16,289 nucleotides of DNA from Gemmatimonadota bacterium. GTDB taxonomy: Bacteria > Gemmatimonadota > Gemmatimonadetes > Gemmatimonadales > GWC2-71-9. Position numbers and translations under genes: made by a program. The stretch spans positions 1-16,289 of the forward strand of contig QHTZ01000024.1 in assembly GCA_003221005.1 (NCBI GenBank). Reading direction: 5' to 3'. A model generated the notes under the pieces. The model saw only the letters and a program-made list of their open reading frames with translations. It was not told the DNA's origin and made no database searches. This document shows, in pieces, positions 7,813 to 16,272 of this stretch. Positions within the stretch are counted from its first letter, which is position 1, and each line of letters begins with the position of its first letter.

Positions 7813-8081
7813 CGAATATCAAAGGACTTAAGTTGGCTGATCTCATGTGGAACCTCTGACTTTTCCACATAGGCGACCCGCGCGTGCGCGGGCCCGCGCC
7901 CGAGCGCCGCTTCGAGCTGTGCCAACGCTGCGAGCGTGCCATCGGCCACGACTTCCACCGCCCCGTCCGGCAGGTTGCTGACCCATCCTCGCAATCCCAA
8001 TCGCTCGGCCTCCCGGAACACGAACCACCGAAACCCGACGCCCTGCACGCTGCCGCGCACGAGGAACCGGGCGGCGGGCAC
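7809..8081 (-). CDS. acyP: Acylphosphatase
   Basis: Last 90 aa of the 7809..8699 ORF: VRGSVQGVGFRWF...GLRGWVSNLPDGAVEV...GP.HARV. GTG start at 8081. Confidence 0.92.
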   Translation of the reverse strand: MPAARFLVRGSVQGVGFRWFVFREAERLGLRGWVSNLPDGAVEVVADGTLAALAQLEAALGRGPAHARVAYVEKSEVPHEISQLKSFDIR

Positions 8082-8092
8082 GGGGCGCCCCG

Positions 8093-8719
8093 CTAGTCGC
8101 CCGACGGCGCCCGGCGCCGCTGCCGCAGCGCGTACACGCCGACGCTGAGCGCCAGGATCGGGAGCACGATGAGCAACGCGCGGCTCACATAGTGCTGCAC
8201 TGCCGCCTGGCGCAAGACCCCCTCGTTCCGGCCCAGCAGGTAGCCGATCGCCACGAGGATGCTGCACCACGCGAACGCGCCGAGTCCCGTGTACCCGATG
8301 AAGCGGCGCAGCGGCATCCGGGCGATTCCCGCCGGGATCGAGATCAGGTGACGGACGACTGGAAGCATGCGCCCTACCAGGACGCTGATCTCGCCGTGCG
8401 CGGCGAAGTAGCGCTCGGTGCGATCGAGCGACTTCTCGGTGACGAGGAAGTATTTCCCGAACCGGCGGACGAACCCGCGGCCGAGCCAGAGCGCCAGGCC
8501 GTAGTTCACGAGCGACCCGACAACACCGCCCAGGACGCCGCTCGCGATCGCGAGGGCGGCATCCATTTCCCCCTTGGCCACCCAGTAGCCGGCGGGCGGC
8601 ATCACGAGCTCCGCAGGGACCGGCAGCACCGAGGATTCCATGGCCATCAACAGGACGATCCCCGGGTAGCCGAGGTCGAGCAGCCCGTTCAGGAGCCACT
8701 GGATGAATTGCTCAAGCAT
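8093..8719 (-). CDS. DedA family membrane protein (UptA/YngC-like)
   Basis: LGYPGIVLLMAMESSVLPVPAELVMPPAG, GSLVNYGL, GRMLPVVRHLISIPAG. ATG 8719 overlaps the pcm stop. Confidence 0.92.
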   Translation of the reverse strand: MLEQFIQWLLNGLLDLGYPGIVLLMAMESSVLPVPAELVMPPAGYWVAKGEMDAALAIASGVLGGVVGSLVNYGLALWLGRGFVRRFGKYFLVTEKSLDRTERYFAAHGEISVLVGRMLPVVRHLISIPAGIARMPLRRFIGYTGLGAFAWCSILVAIGYLLGRNEGVLRQAAVQHYVSRALLIVLPILALSVGVYALRQRRRAPSGD

Positions 8720-9386
8720 CGAAGCCGTGCTCCCCGACGAGCGGGACGAAGCGGGCGTCCCCGAGCGGCGTGCGCCTGAGGTCAGCGCCATCACCCGTGC
8801 GCTCGACGAGCGTCAGGATCTGCGCTCCGCGGTCGCCCAGTGGCATCAGCAGCCGTCCCCCGGGCGCGAGCTGCGCGGCGAGCGGCGGCGGAACCTCCGG
8901 CCCTCCCGCAGCCACGAGGATCGCGTGGTAGGGCGCGTAGTCGCTCCACCCCAGCGTCCCGTCCCCCAGGAGCACGGACGCATTCGTAACACCTGCCTGG
9001 CGCAGCGCCTGTTGAGCCCGGAGGGCGAGGGCGCGGACCCGCTCGACGCTGAACACCTGGCCGGCCAGGGCGCACAGCAGCGCAGTTTGGTACCCGGAGC
9101 CAGTCCCGATCTCCAGCACGCGCTCGCTGCCCCGGAGGCCGAGCGCCTCCAGATAACGGGCCTGCGTGAAGGGTTGCGAGATCGTCTGCCCGTTCCCGAT
9201 CGGGAGGGCGGCGTCGTCGTAGGCGCGCGGGCGCAGCGCCTCGGGAACGAACAGGTGGCGCGGTGTCTCGGCGAACGCCTTGAGTACCGCCAGATCACGG
9301 ATCCCCCGAGCGCGGAGCGCCTCCACCAAGCGTGACCGGTAGCCGGCGAAGGTGTCGCCCCGCCCCGTTAGTCTTCGGGAAACCAC
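8712..9386 (-). CDS. pcm: Protein-L-isoaspartate O-methyltransferase
   Basis: PRHLFVP, AYDDAALPIGNGQTISQP, VLEIGTGSGYQTA, GDGTLGW, RFVPLVG. GTG 9386 gives MVSRR and overlaps the surE end; surE-pcm order is classical. Confidence 0.94.
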   Translation of the reverse strand: MVSRRLTGRGDTFAGYRSRLVEALRARGIRDLAVLKAFAETPRHLFVPEALRPRAYDDAALPIGNGQTISQPFTQARYLEALGLRGSERVLEIGTGSGYQTALLCALAGQVFSVERVRALALRAQQALRQAGVTNASVLLGDGTLGWSDYAPYHAILVAAGGPEVPPPLAAQLAPGGRLLMPLGDRGAQILTLVERTGDGADLRRTPLGDARFVPLVGEHGFDA

Positions 9387-10044
9387 GACTGCACGACCTC
9401 GATCAACTTGTAGTTGGTCATGTCCATGTGCAGCGGAGTGACGGAGATGTACCCGTCGCGGATCGCCCGGAAGTCGGAATCGGCGCCTCCCGACCACGTC
9501 ACGTGGCCGCCCCCGATCCAGTAGATGTCCTTGCCCCACGGATCCTTCATCAAGGCGAGCTCCTCGTGGAACACGCGGCTACCGAGGTGGGTCACCTTGA
9601 TGCCCTTCACGTCTTCCCCGGGGATCGGGGGCAGGTTGATGTTGAGCAACGTCTCCTTCGGGAAGTCGCGGACCTGGGCGAGGCGCTTGAGCAGCCGCTC
9701 GAGCTTGGGGCGGTGCGTCTCCATCAGGTCGAGATCGCTGCCCGCGAACGAGATGGCGATGCTCGGGATGCCGGCCACGAGGCCCTCGAACGCCGCGGCG
9801 ACGGTGCCGGAATAGAGGACGTAGCGAGGAGGACGCAGTCCGTGGGCGTGCCATCCACCTGATACGCGCCGTCGGGGCGCCGGGTGGCGCGCAGCGGGCG
9901 ATGCAGCGTCAAGGAGTGGGAGGTCCCGCTCTGCTCGCGATCAGGTGCGACGACGGTCACCTGTCCCACGGCCGCACACACCTCGCCGAGCACTCCGAGC
10001 CCCCGGGCGAGAATGCCGTCGTCGTTGGAGACGAGAATCTTCAT
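9368..10044 (-). pseudogene. surE: 5'/3'-nucleotidase SurE, disrupted by an internal deletion and frameshift
   Basis: MKILVSNDDG...APDREQSGTSHSLT...GTPTDCVLLA (74 codons, 10044-9823), then 2 nt (AC), then VLYSGTVAAAFEG...GYISVTPL in another frame (9820-9368). The PDxVxSGxNxGxNxG segment is absent. Confidence 0.88.
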
Positions 10045-10409
10045 CGCGGCGACGGCGCGTCCCCCTCGAGAATCGCGAGCACTGACTTCAACTGGGCGCG
10101 TAGGTCTCTGACGGTCTCGAGCGCGAGCGCCCGGCGCGCTTCGGGTTTGAGCTCGCCCGAGCGCCGGTATTGCTCGATCTTCTGGCGCGCGCCTTCGATC
10201 GTGTACTTCTCCGTGTAGAGCAGATGCTTGACGAGCATGATCAGCTCGATCTCGCGCCGCTGGTACACGCGGTTCCCCGAGCGGTTCTTGGCCGGGTTCA
10301 GGAAGCGGAACTGACTCTCCCAATAGCGCAGCACGTGCGGCTTCAGGTCGGTGAGCTGGCAGACCTCCCCAATGGAGAAGAACTCCTGGATAGGATGGGG
10401 CGCGCTCAT
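10041..10409 (-). CDS. MerR family HTH transcriptional regulator
   Basis: FSIGEVCQLTDLKPHVLRYWESQF...KNRSGNRVY...LLYTEKYTIEGAR. ATGA overlaps at both ends. Confidence 0.92.
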   Translation of the reverse strand: MSAPHPIQEFFSIGEVCQLTDLKPHVLRYWESQFRFLNPAKNRSGNRVYQRREIELIMLVKHLLYTEKYTIEGARQKIEQYRRSGELKPEARRALALETVRDLRAQLKSVLAILEGDAPSPR

Positions 10410-11407
10410 CGCCACTGCTCCGCTTTGAGCTCCCGTTCCATCAACGCAGCGACCGCCTGGCGCGGTGACTTCCCATGGAACAGCACCTCGGTCACCTCGT
10501 GCGCGATCGGGAGCTCGACATTGTGGCGCTCGCCGAGCGTCACGGCCGCCCGCGCGGTGTTCACCCCTTCCGCCACCGTGGGACGCTGTGCCAGCGCCTG
10601 CTCCAGCGGCGTGCCGCGGCCCAGCTCGACGCCCAGGGTGTGGTTGCGCGACAGCGGCCCGGTGGCGGTGAGGATCAGATCTCCCATGCCGGCGAGCCCG
10701 GCGAACGTGGCGGGCTCGGCGCCGAGCGCGACCCCGAGGCGAGTGATCTCGGCCAGGCCCCGCGTGATCAACGCCGCGCGGGTGTTGTGGCCCAGCCCGA
10801 GTCCCTCCAGCATCCCGGCGGCCAGGGCGATCACGTTCTTGAGCGCACCCGCGAGCTCCACGCCCACCACGTCGGTATGAGAGTACACCCGAAAGAACGT
10901 CGTCGCGAAGATCTGCTGGACCCGCTGCGCCACGTCGTGCTCCCGCGCGGCCGCCACGACCGCCGTGGGCTGTCGCGCATAAACCTCCTCCGCGAACGAC
11001 GGCCCCGAGAGCACGGCGATCTCGGTGCCACGCGGCAGGATCTCGACGAGCACACACGAGAGGGTGCTGAGCCGCTCCGGCTCGAGGCCCTTGGACACGC
11101 TCACCACGAGCGGCCGCTCGCGCAGCGCCGTCGCCGCTGCGGACATCACCGCGCTCACCGCGTGCGATGGCGCTGCTGAAACGACCACCTCGGCGGCCCG
11201 CACCGCCTCCGTGACGTCGCCCGTCGCCCGCACCTCGGGCGCGAGCGCGGCGCCGGGGAGAAACAGGTGGTTCACATGCTCGCGATTGATGCTCGCCACG
11301 ACCTCGGGCTCGCGCGCCCAGAGCCTGACGCCCGCCCCCTTGCGCGCCAGCAGATCGGCGAGCGTCGTGCCCCATGCCCCTGCCCCGATGACGGCGATCT
11401 GGGTCAT
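10406..11407 (-). CDS. gpsA: NAD(P)H-dependent glycerol-3-phosphate dehydrogenase
   Basis: IAVIGAGAWGT, SKGLE, LSGPSFA, GALKNVIA, GLAGMGDL, SRN, AEG. ATG 11407 overlaps the plsY stop. Confidence 0.96.
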   Translation of the reverse strand: MTQIAVIGAGAWGTTLADLLARKGAGVRLWAREPEVVASINREHVNHLFLPGAALAPEVRATGDVTEAVRAAEVVVSAAPSHAVSAVMSAAATALRERPLVVSVSKGLEPERLSTLSCVLVEILPRGTEIAVLSGPSFAEEVYARQPTAVVAAAREHDVAQRVQQIFATTFFRVYSHTDVVGVELAGALKNVIALAAGMLEGLGLGHNTRAALITRGLAEITRLGVALGAEPATFAGLAGMGDLILTATGPLSRNHTLGVELGRGTPLEQALAQRPTVAEGVNTARAAVTLGERHNVELPIAHEVTEVLFHGKSPRQAVAALMERELKAEQWR

Positions 11408-12021
11408 CTGTCCTCGCCCCCTGGGATGACGCGCGTCCGGAAACGATGCTCCGTCCCTGCGGCCAGCCGCCGGATGTTCGCGCGGTGCGAGAACACGATG
11501 AGCAACGCCAGGGCGACGCTCGCCCACAGGGTGGAGGGAGCGTCCGGCCGGGTGAGGCGCGCCCACAGAGGAAAGAGGGCCGCCGCGACGAGGGAGCTGA
11601 CCGAGACGTATCCCGACAGCCACAGTACCACTCCCCACACAATGGCCGAGATCGCGAGCGCGAGCGGCGCGAGCGCCAGGAACATCCCGCCCGCCGTGGC
11701 AACCCCCTTCCCGCCCCTGAAGCGAACGTAGGGCGAAAACACGTGGCCCGTCACGGCCGCGACCCCCGCCGCCACGGGCAGCCACGGCGGACCCCCGGAC
11801 CAGCGCTCGCACAGCGTCACGGGGAGCGCCCCCTTCGCCACGTCCAACAGGCCAACCGGGATCGCATACCGCCACCCGAGCACGCGGTACACGTTGGTCG
11901 CGCCGAGATTCCGGCTGCCGTGCTGGCGGAGATCGATCCCCCGCCCCAAGCGCCCGGCGATGTAGCTCGTCGGAATCGCGCCGAATAGGTAGGACGCCGC
12001 CAGCCACAGGGCCGCCGTCAC
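11404..12021 (-). CDS. plsY: Glycerol-3-phosphate 1-O-acyltransferase PlsY
   Basis: YLFGAIP, HGSRNLGATNVYR, DVAKG, GHVFS..FRGGKGVAT, HRANIRRL..GTE. GTGA overlap with the der stop. Confidence 0.95.
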   Translation of the reverse strand: MTAALWLAASYLFGAIPTSYIAGRLGRGIDLRQHGSRNLGATNVYRVLGWRYAIPVGLLDVAKGALPVTLCERWSGGPPWLPVAAGVAAVTGHVFSPYVRFRGGKGVATAGGMFLALAPLALAISAIVWGVVLWLSGYVSVSSLVAAALFPLWARLTRPDAPSTLWASVALALLIVFSHRANIRRLAAGTEHRFRTRVIPGGEDR

Positions 12022-13343
12022 GAGCGCACCCGCTTGCGGCGGAACTTGATGTTCACCGGGGCGCCGGTGAATTCCCAGGCCTCGCGGAAGCCGTTCAGCA
12101 GGTACCGCGTATAGGACTCGGGGATCGCCTCCGGGCGGTTCGAGACCACCGCGAAGCGCGGCGGAGCGGTGCCGATCTGCGAGGCGTACAGCAACCGCAC
12201 CGACGCTCCCACCGGCTGAGGGGGCTGCTGGCGCTGCACCAGCTCCTCGAGCACGCGGTTCACCTCGGCGGTGGGCACGCGCTTGTCCCTGGCTTCCGCC
12301 ACCTCGACGATCAGCTCGAGCAACTTCGTCACGCGCTGCCCGGTCTTGGCGGACACGTACAGGAACGGGATGAACGCGAGGAAGGGCGCCTTGTCCTGCA
12401 ACTCCCGCTCGCCGCGCACGGCGGTGTTGGCGTCCTTCTCCTCGATCAAGTCCCACTTGTTCACGGCGACGATCAGCCCCGCGCCGCGCTCCCACGCCTC
12501 GGTCGCGATCTTCAGGTCCTGGGCGTGCATGCCGTCGCTCGCGTCCACCACCAGGATGCACACGTGGGCGCGCTCGATGGCGCGCGCGGTGCGCAGCGTC
12601 GAGTAGAACTCGATGTCGTCCGAGACCTTGGAGCGCTTGCGCAGCCCGGCCGTGTCGATGAACACGATGGTACGCCCATGGTAGACGAGCGGCGTGTCGA
12701 TCGCATCCCGGGTGGTCCCGGGCTCCGCCGCCACCACGAGCCGATCTTGCCCCAGCAGGCGGTTCACGAGGCTCGACTTCCCCACATTGGGACGGCCCAC
12801 GACGGCGACGTGAATGGCGGGCTCCGCGCCCGTGGCGCCCCACGGCGGCAGCAGCTCGACCACGCGATCGAGCAGATCGCCGCTGCTCTTCCCCACCGCG
12901 GCGGACACCGGGAACGGATCGCCCAGGCCGAGCTCGTAAAACGCGAGGTGCCGCGTGTCAACCGGCAGCTCGTCCGCCTTGTTCGCGACGAGCAGAAACG
13001 GCCGCCGGGACTTGCGCACCAGCTCGGCGATCTCGCGATCGGCCGGGTGCACCCCGGCGCTCACGTCCACCACGAACAGCAGCGCGTCGCTCTCGGCGAT
13101 TGCCAGCTCCACCTGCGCCCGCACCGCCTGGCTCAGAGGATCGCTCGCCTGCGGCACGAGGCCCCCCGTGTCCACGAGCCAGAAGCGCTGCCCGTTCCAT
13201 TCCGCGGCGGCGAAATGCCGGTCCCGGGTGACGCCCGGCTCCGCGTCCACGATCGCGTCACGCCGGCCGATGATGCGGTTGAAGAGGGTGGACTTGCCGA
13301 CGTTGGGGCGGCCGATGATGGCGACGGTGGGGGCGCCCTTCAT
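12018..13343 (-). CDS. der: Ribosome biogenesis GTPase Der (EngA)
   Basis: Two G-domains (GRPNVGKS twice, PGVTRD/PGTTRD, DTGG/DTAG, NKAD/NKWD) and a KH-like C-terminus. Own ATG at 13343 preceded by GGGAGGGGAAGGG, but in frame with the upstream DUF512 ORF. Confidence 0.95.
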   Translation of the reverse strand: MKGAPTVAIIGRPNVGKSTLFNRIIGRRDAIVDAEPGVTRDRHFAAAEWNGQRFWLVDTGGLVPQASDPLSQAVRAQVELAIAESDALLFVVDVSAGVHPADREIAELVRKSRRPFLLVANKADELPVDTRHLAFYELGLGDPFPVSAAVGKSSGDLLDRVVELLPPWGATGAEPAIHVAVVGRPNVGKSSLVNRLLGQDRLVVAAEPGTTRDAIDTPLVYHGRTIVFIDTAGLRKRSKVSDDIEFYSTLRTARAIERAHVCILVVDASDGMHAQDLKIATEAWERGAGLIVAVNKWDLIEEKDANTAVRGERELQDKAPFLAFIPFLYVSAKTGQRVTKLLELIVEVAEARDKRVPTAEVNRVLEELVQRQQPPQPVGASVRLLYASQIGTAPPRFAVVSNRPEAIPESYTRYLLNGFREAWEFTGAPVNIKFRRKRVRS

Positions 13344-14549
13344 CCCTTCCCCTCCCACCCTCACGTCGTCGATGAATTGCATATCGTCGTTCACGGCCTC
13401 CGCCGGGAGGAGCGCGAGATCGAGGTCGCCCCGGTCCCGCAGGGCCGCACGAATCCCGGCCCCCGGGAGGAGGCCTGCGGTCGTCACCGCGGGGCCGAAC
13501 AGAGCGTTCTCGAGCACTATGAGCTGGTACGCGGCTCCTGTCAGCTCGGCGAGCCCCGCGAGCACCTGCGGCAGCAACGCCCCCATCGCGGTGCCGGTCA
13601 CGATGCCGATGCGCCGCCCCGCGAGCTGTCCCAAGTCCTCCCGGGCGGCGGCGATGCGCGTCTCCAGGTAGCGAACCGCTCCGACCCCGTTCTCGCGCTG
13701 CTCGAAATCGCCGTACCACTCCGCCGGCGGCAGCAGCTCGCCCGCCTGCAGGTACAAGTCATCCGCTCCGTAGCACCACGGGAAGCCGCGCTCCGCCACG
13801 GCCCGCGCGGCGAAGTCACTCACGGTGGCGAGGGCGCGCCTGCACTCGTCCCCCGTCGGCTGTCGCACCAGGTGATGCTTGCTGAACTCCGTCAGCGCGA
13901 CCGGGACGACGGAGACGGAGAGGATCGGCTCCCCCAGGCTGTAGAGGTCGGTGAGCGTGCTGGTCAACACCGCTCCGTCGTTCACACCTGGGACGAGGAC
14001 CACTTGCGTGTGGAATTTGATCCCCCGGTTCCCGAGCTGTGCGAGCTGCGGCACTACGTCAGGCGCTTCCGGATTGCGCAGCAGCCAGCGGCGCACCGTC
14101 GGATCGGTCGCGTGCACCGAGACGTACAGCGGCGACAGGCGATACTCCACGATCCGCTCCACGTCCCACGGCTTGAGATTCGTCAGGGTGGCGAAGTTGC
14201 CGTAGCGGAACGACAGCCGGTAGTCGTCGTCCCGGATGTAGAGCGGCCGGCGCAGGTCCTCAGGGTTGCCGTCCACGAAGCAGAAGTCGCAGTGATTGGC
14301 GCAACGGCGGATTCGCGGTGGCTCGAGCGTCACGCCCATCGGCCAGCCCTCAGGGCGCAGCACGTCGTACTCGATCTCCTCCCGCGCGGGCGACTTCACG
14401 TGCAACATGAAGTGCTCGTCGGCGGTGAGGAACTCCCAGTCCAGGAAGTCCTCGAGCGGCCTGCTGTTGACGGCCAGGAGCTCGGTCCCGCGAGTGAGTC
14501 CCAGGGCGGCACCGAGAGAGCCCGGCGCCACGGCCTGCACACGGATCAC
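13344..14549 (-). CDS. DUF512 PDZ-containing radical-SAM protein, no stop codon, reads into der
   Basis: N-terminal PDZ-like segment, CANHCDFC (CxxxCxxC), LYIRDDDYRLSFRYGNFATLTN, LSPLYVSVHAT, ENGVG, TTAGLL, FIDD. Confidence 0.88.
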
Positions 14550-14637
14550 ACCGGCCGCCTTAGGAGTTCAAGGAGTTTGTGAAGCCAGGTATCGCAACCC
14601 CAACGCTGGCTGACACTTCCAAACGCGTAAATATCGT

Positions 14638-16272
14638 CTAAGACGGCCTGTAGCGCCAGCCGAGCAGGTCTGTCCCCTTCACGTGGAGCTCGAACTGCTG
14701 GCTTCCGCCTGGCGGGAGGGCCGGGATGTCCGCCGGCAGTGTGGTCGCAACCGCGCCCCCAGGCCCGAGAAAATCGAAGGACAGTTTGAAGGGCTGGGAC
14801 GCTGCCGACCGGAGGTTTGTGGCAACGGCGGTGAGGACGAACCCCGCGCTGTCGGGGGCAAAGCTCGATACCGTGATGTCCACCGGCAGGGTCGAGTCGG
14901 CCCTGGTGACGTACTTCAGGGTGGAGTCGCGGCGACCCTTCAGGTCCCAGGCAGCGGCGACCAGGCGAATGCCGTTCCGGTTCAAGGGGTCGAGGGCGAT
15001 CAGGCGCTGGGCGGTGGGAAGCATGTTCGCCGAGTCCCGCAGCGTGTAGTAGGCCCTGGCGAGATAGAACAGTGCGTCACGGCGATAGGGATTCCTCGCG
15101 AGCCCGAGGGAGAGGGCGCGGGCGCCGGGGCGCACCAGCCCCGTGCCGAGCAGCCGCTCGCCCGCGATGATGAGGTCCTCCGCTTGCAGGTTGTGCGCAT
15201 GGACGAGCACGGAATCGAACACCGTCGTGGCCAGGTCGGGCTCGCCGCTCTGGGCGTAGAGCGTGGCAAGGTTCGTCGCGGCATCCATGTCATCGGGGAA
15301 CGCCGCGAGGAGATCGCGGTGCGCCGCGATCGCGGGCGCCGAGACGGCGCGCACGGCGGCAGCGCCGCTCGCCGCCTGCACGGCGAGCGCGGCCCGCGCG
15401 GCGCGCTCGCGGCCCACGGCGTCGGCTCGAGCGGACGAGTCGCGGCTGAACGCCGCCTGATCGGCAGGAGAGAGCCGCGCCTGCCGCTTGTGACGGGAGA
15501 CCGAGGAGGCGACCATGCGCGCGACGACCGCCGAATCGGCCGCGAGCAGGCGCTCCAGCGAATCCTGACTGGCGCGCGTCTGCTGCGCGCGCTGCACCGC
15601 AGGATCTGTCTGGGCACGACTCAAGTAGATGCGCGCGACGTTGGAGAGCGCGTCGCGGCGGTTGGCGGATAGCGCGGTGTCGCCTGCTGCCGCCGCTGCC
15701 GCGCGGCGGTAGTACACGATGGCGGAGTCGAAGGTCTGGGCCTCCGCGTACAGCCCCGCGAGCGCGAACAGCGGCCGGGCGTTCGAGGGCACCAGGCGGT
15801 AGGCCAGGCGGAACAACGCGGCCGCAGAGTCCTGGTTGCCGGCTTGCCAGGCAGTCGCGGCTCGATTCTGCGTTTCGACGGAGAGCACGCGTCGGTAGGT
15901 CGCGATGTCCGCTGTGCACTGCGGCGCGAGCGCCTCCGCGCGCGCGAAGGCGGTGTCCGCGCCCGCTGCGTCACCCACCGCCTTGAAATAGCGGCCGAGG
16001 TAGTACCAGGCGGCGGGGTTCTTATCCTGCTTGTCGTCCACGATCGAGCGAAACAGCACGTCCTTCGCCTGTGCCAGCATCCGGTCGCGCACGTCCTGCC
16101 GCTCGGCCGCCAGCTTCAGGTCGAGTTGCGCGGAGACGATGCGGAAGTAGCCGGGGGAGATGTCGCAAGGCGGACGGGGCGGAACCCACTGCTGAGCTCC
16201 GAGGAGGCTCGCACCCCCCAGGAGGAGGGCCAGGGCGGACCGAGGGGCGGTCCGTAAGCCAATCGGCGGCAT
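14638..16272 (-). CDS. Secreted TPR-repeat protein with C-terminal FxLYD-like beta domain
   Basis: Signal peptide (RSALALLLGGASLLGA/QQ), TPR motifs (AAWYYLGRY, PLFALAGLY, AATNLATLY, DALFYLARAY) and a C-terminal VATN...LSFDFLGPGG...LPPGGSQQF segment. Confidence 0.78.
   Translation of the reverse strand: MPPIGLRTAPRSALALLLGGASLLGAQQWVPPRPPCDISPGYFRIVSAQLDLKLAAERQDVRDRMLAQAKDVLFRSIVDDKQDKNPAAWYYLGRYFKAVGDAAGADTAFARAEALAPQCTADIATYRRVLSVETQNRAATAWQAGNQDSAAALFRLAYRLVPSNARPLFALAGLYAEAQTFDSAIVYYRRAAAAAAGDTALSANRRDALSNVARIYLSRAQTDPAVQRAQQTRASQDSLERLLAADSAVVARMVASSVSRHKRQARLSPADQAAFSRDSSARADAVGRERAARAALAVQAASGAAAVRAVSAPAIAAHRDLLAAFPDDMDAATNLATLYAQSGEPDLATTVFDSVLVHAHNLQAEDLIIAGERLLGTGLVRPGARALSLGLARNPYRRDALFYLARAYYTLRDSANMLPTAQRLIALDPLNRNGIRLVAAAWDLKGRRDSTLKYVTRADSTLPVDITVSSFAPDSAGFVLTAVATNLRSAASQPFKLSFDFLGPGGAVATTLPADIPALPPGGSQQFELHVKGTDLLGWRYRPS

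Noticed and set aside
9811-9840. Programmed frameshift in surE
   Set aside because: No slippery sequence, and conserved codons are physically missing, so recoding could not restore the protein.
7809-12843. Apparent long N-terminal extensions on acyP, DedA, pcm, MerR, gpsA and plsY in the ORF track
   Set aside because: The extensions are off-frame readings of upstream genes; true starts sit at or near stop/start overlaps.
14579-14641. 20-codon + strand ORF (MKPGIATPTLADTSKRVNIV) after AAGGAG
   Set aside because: SD spacing is only 3 nt, it opposes the surrounding operon, and there is no other support.
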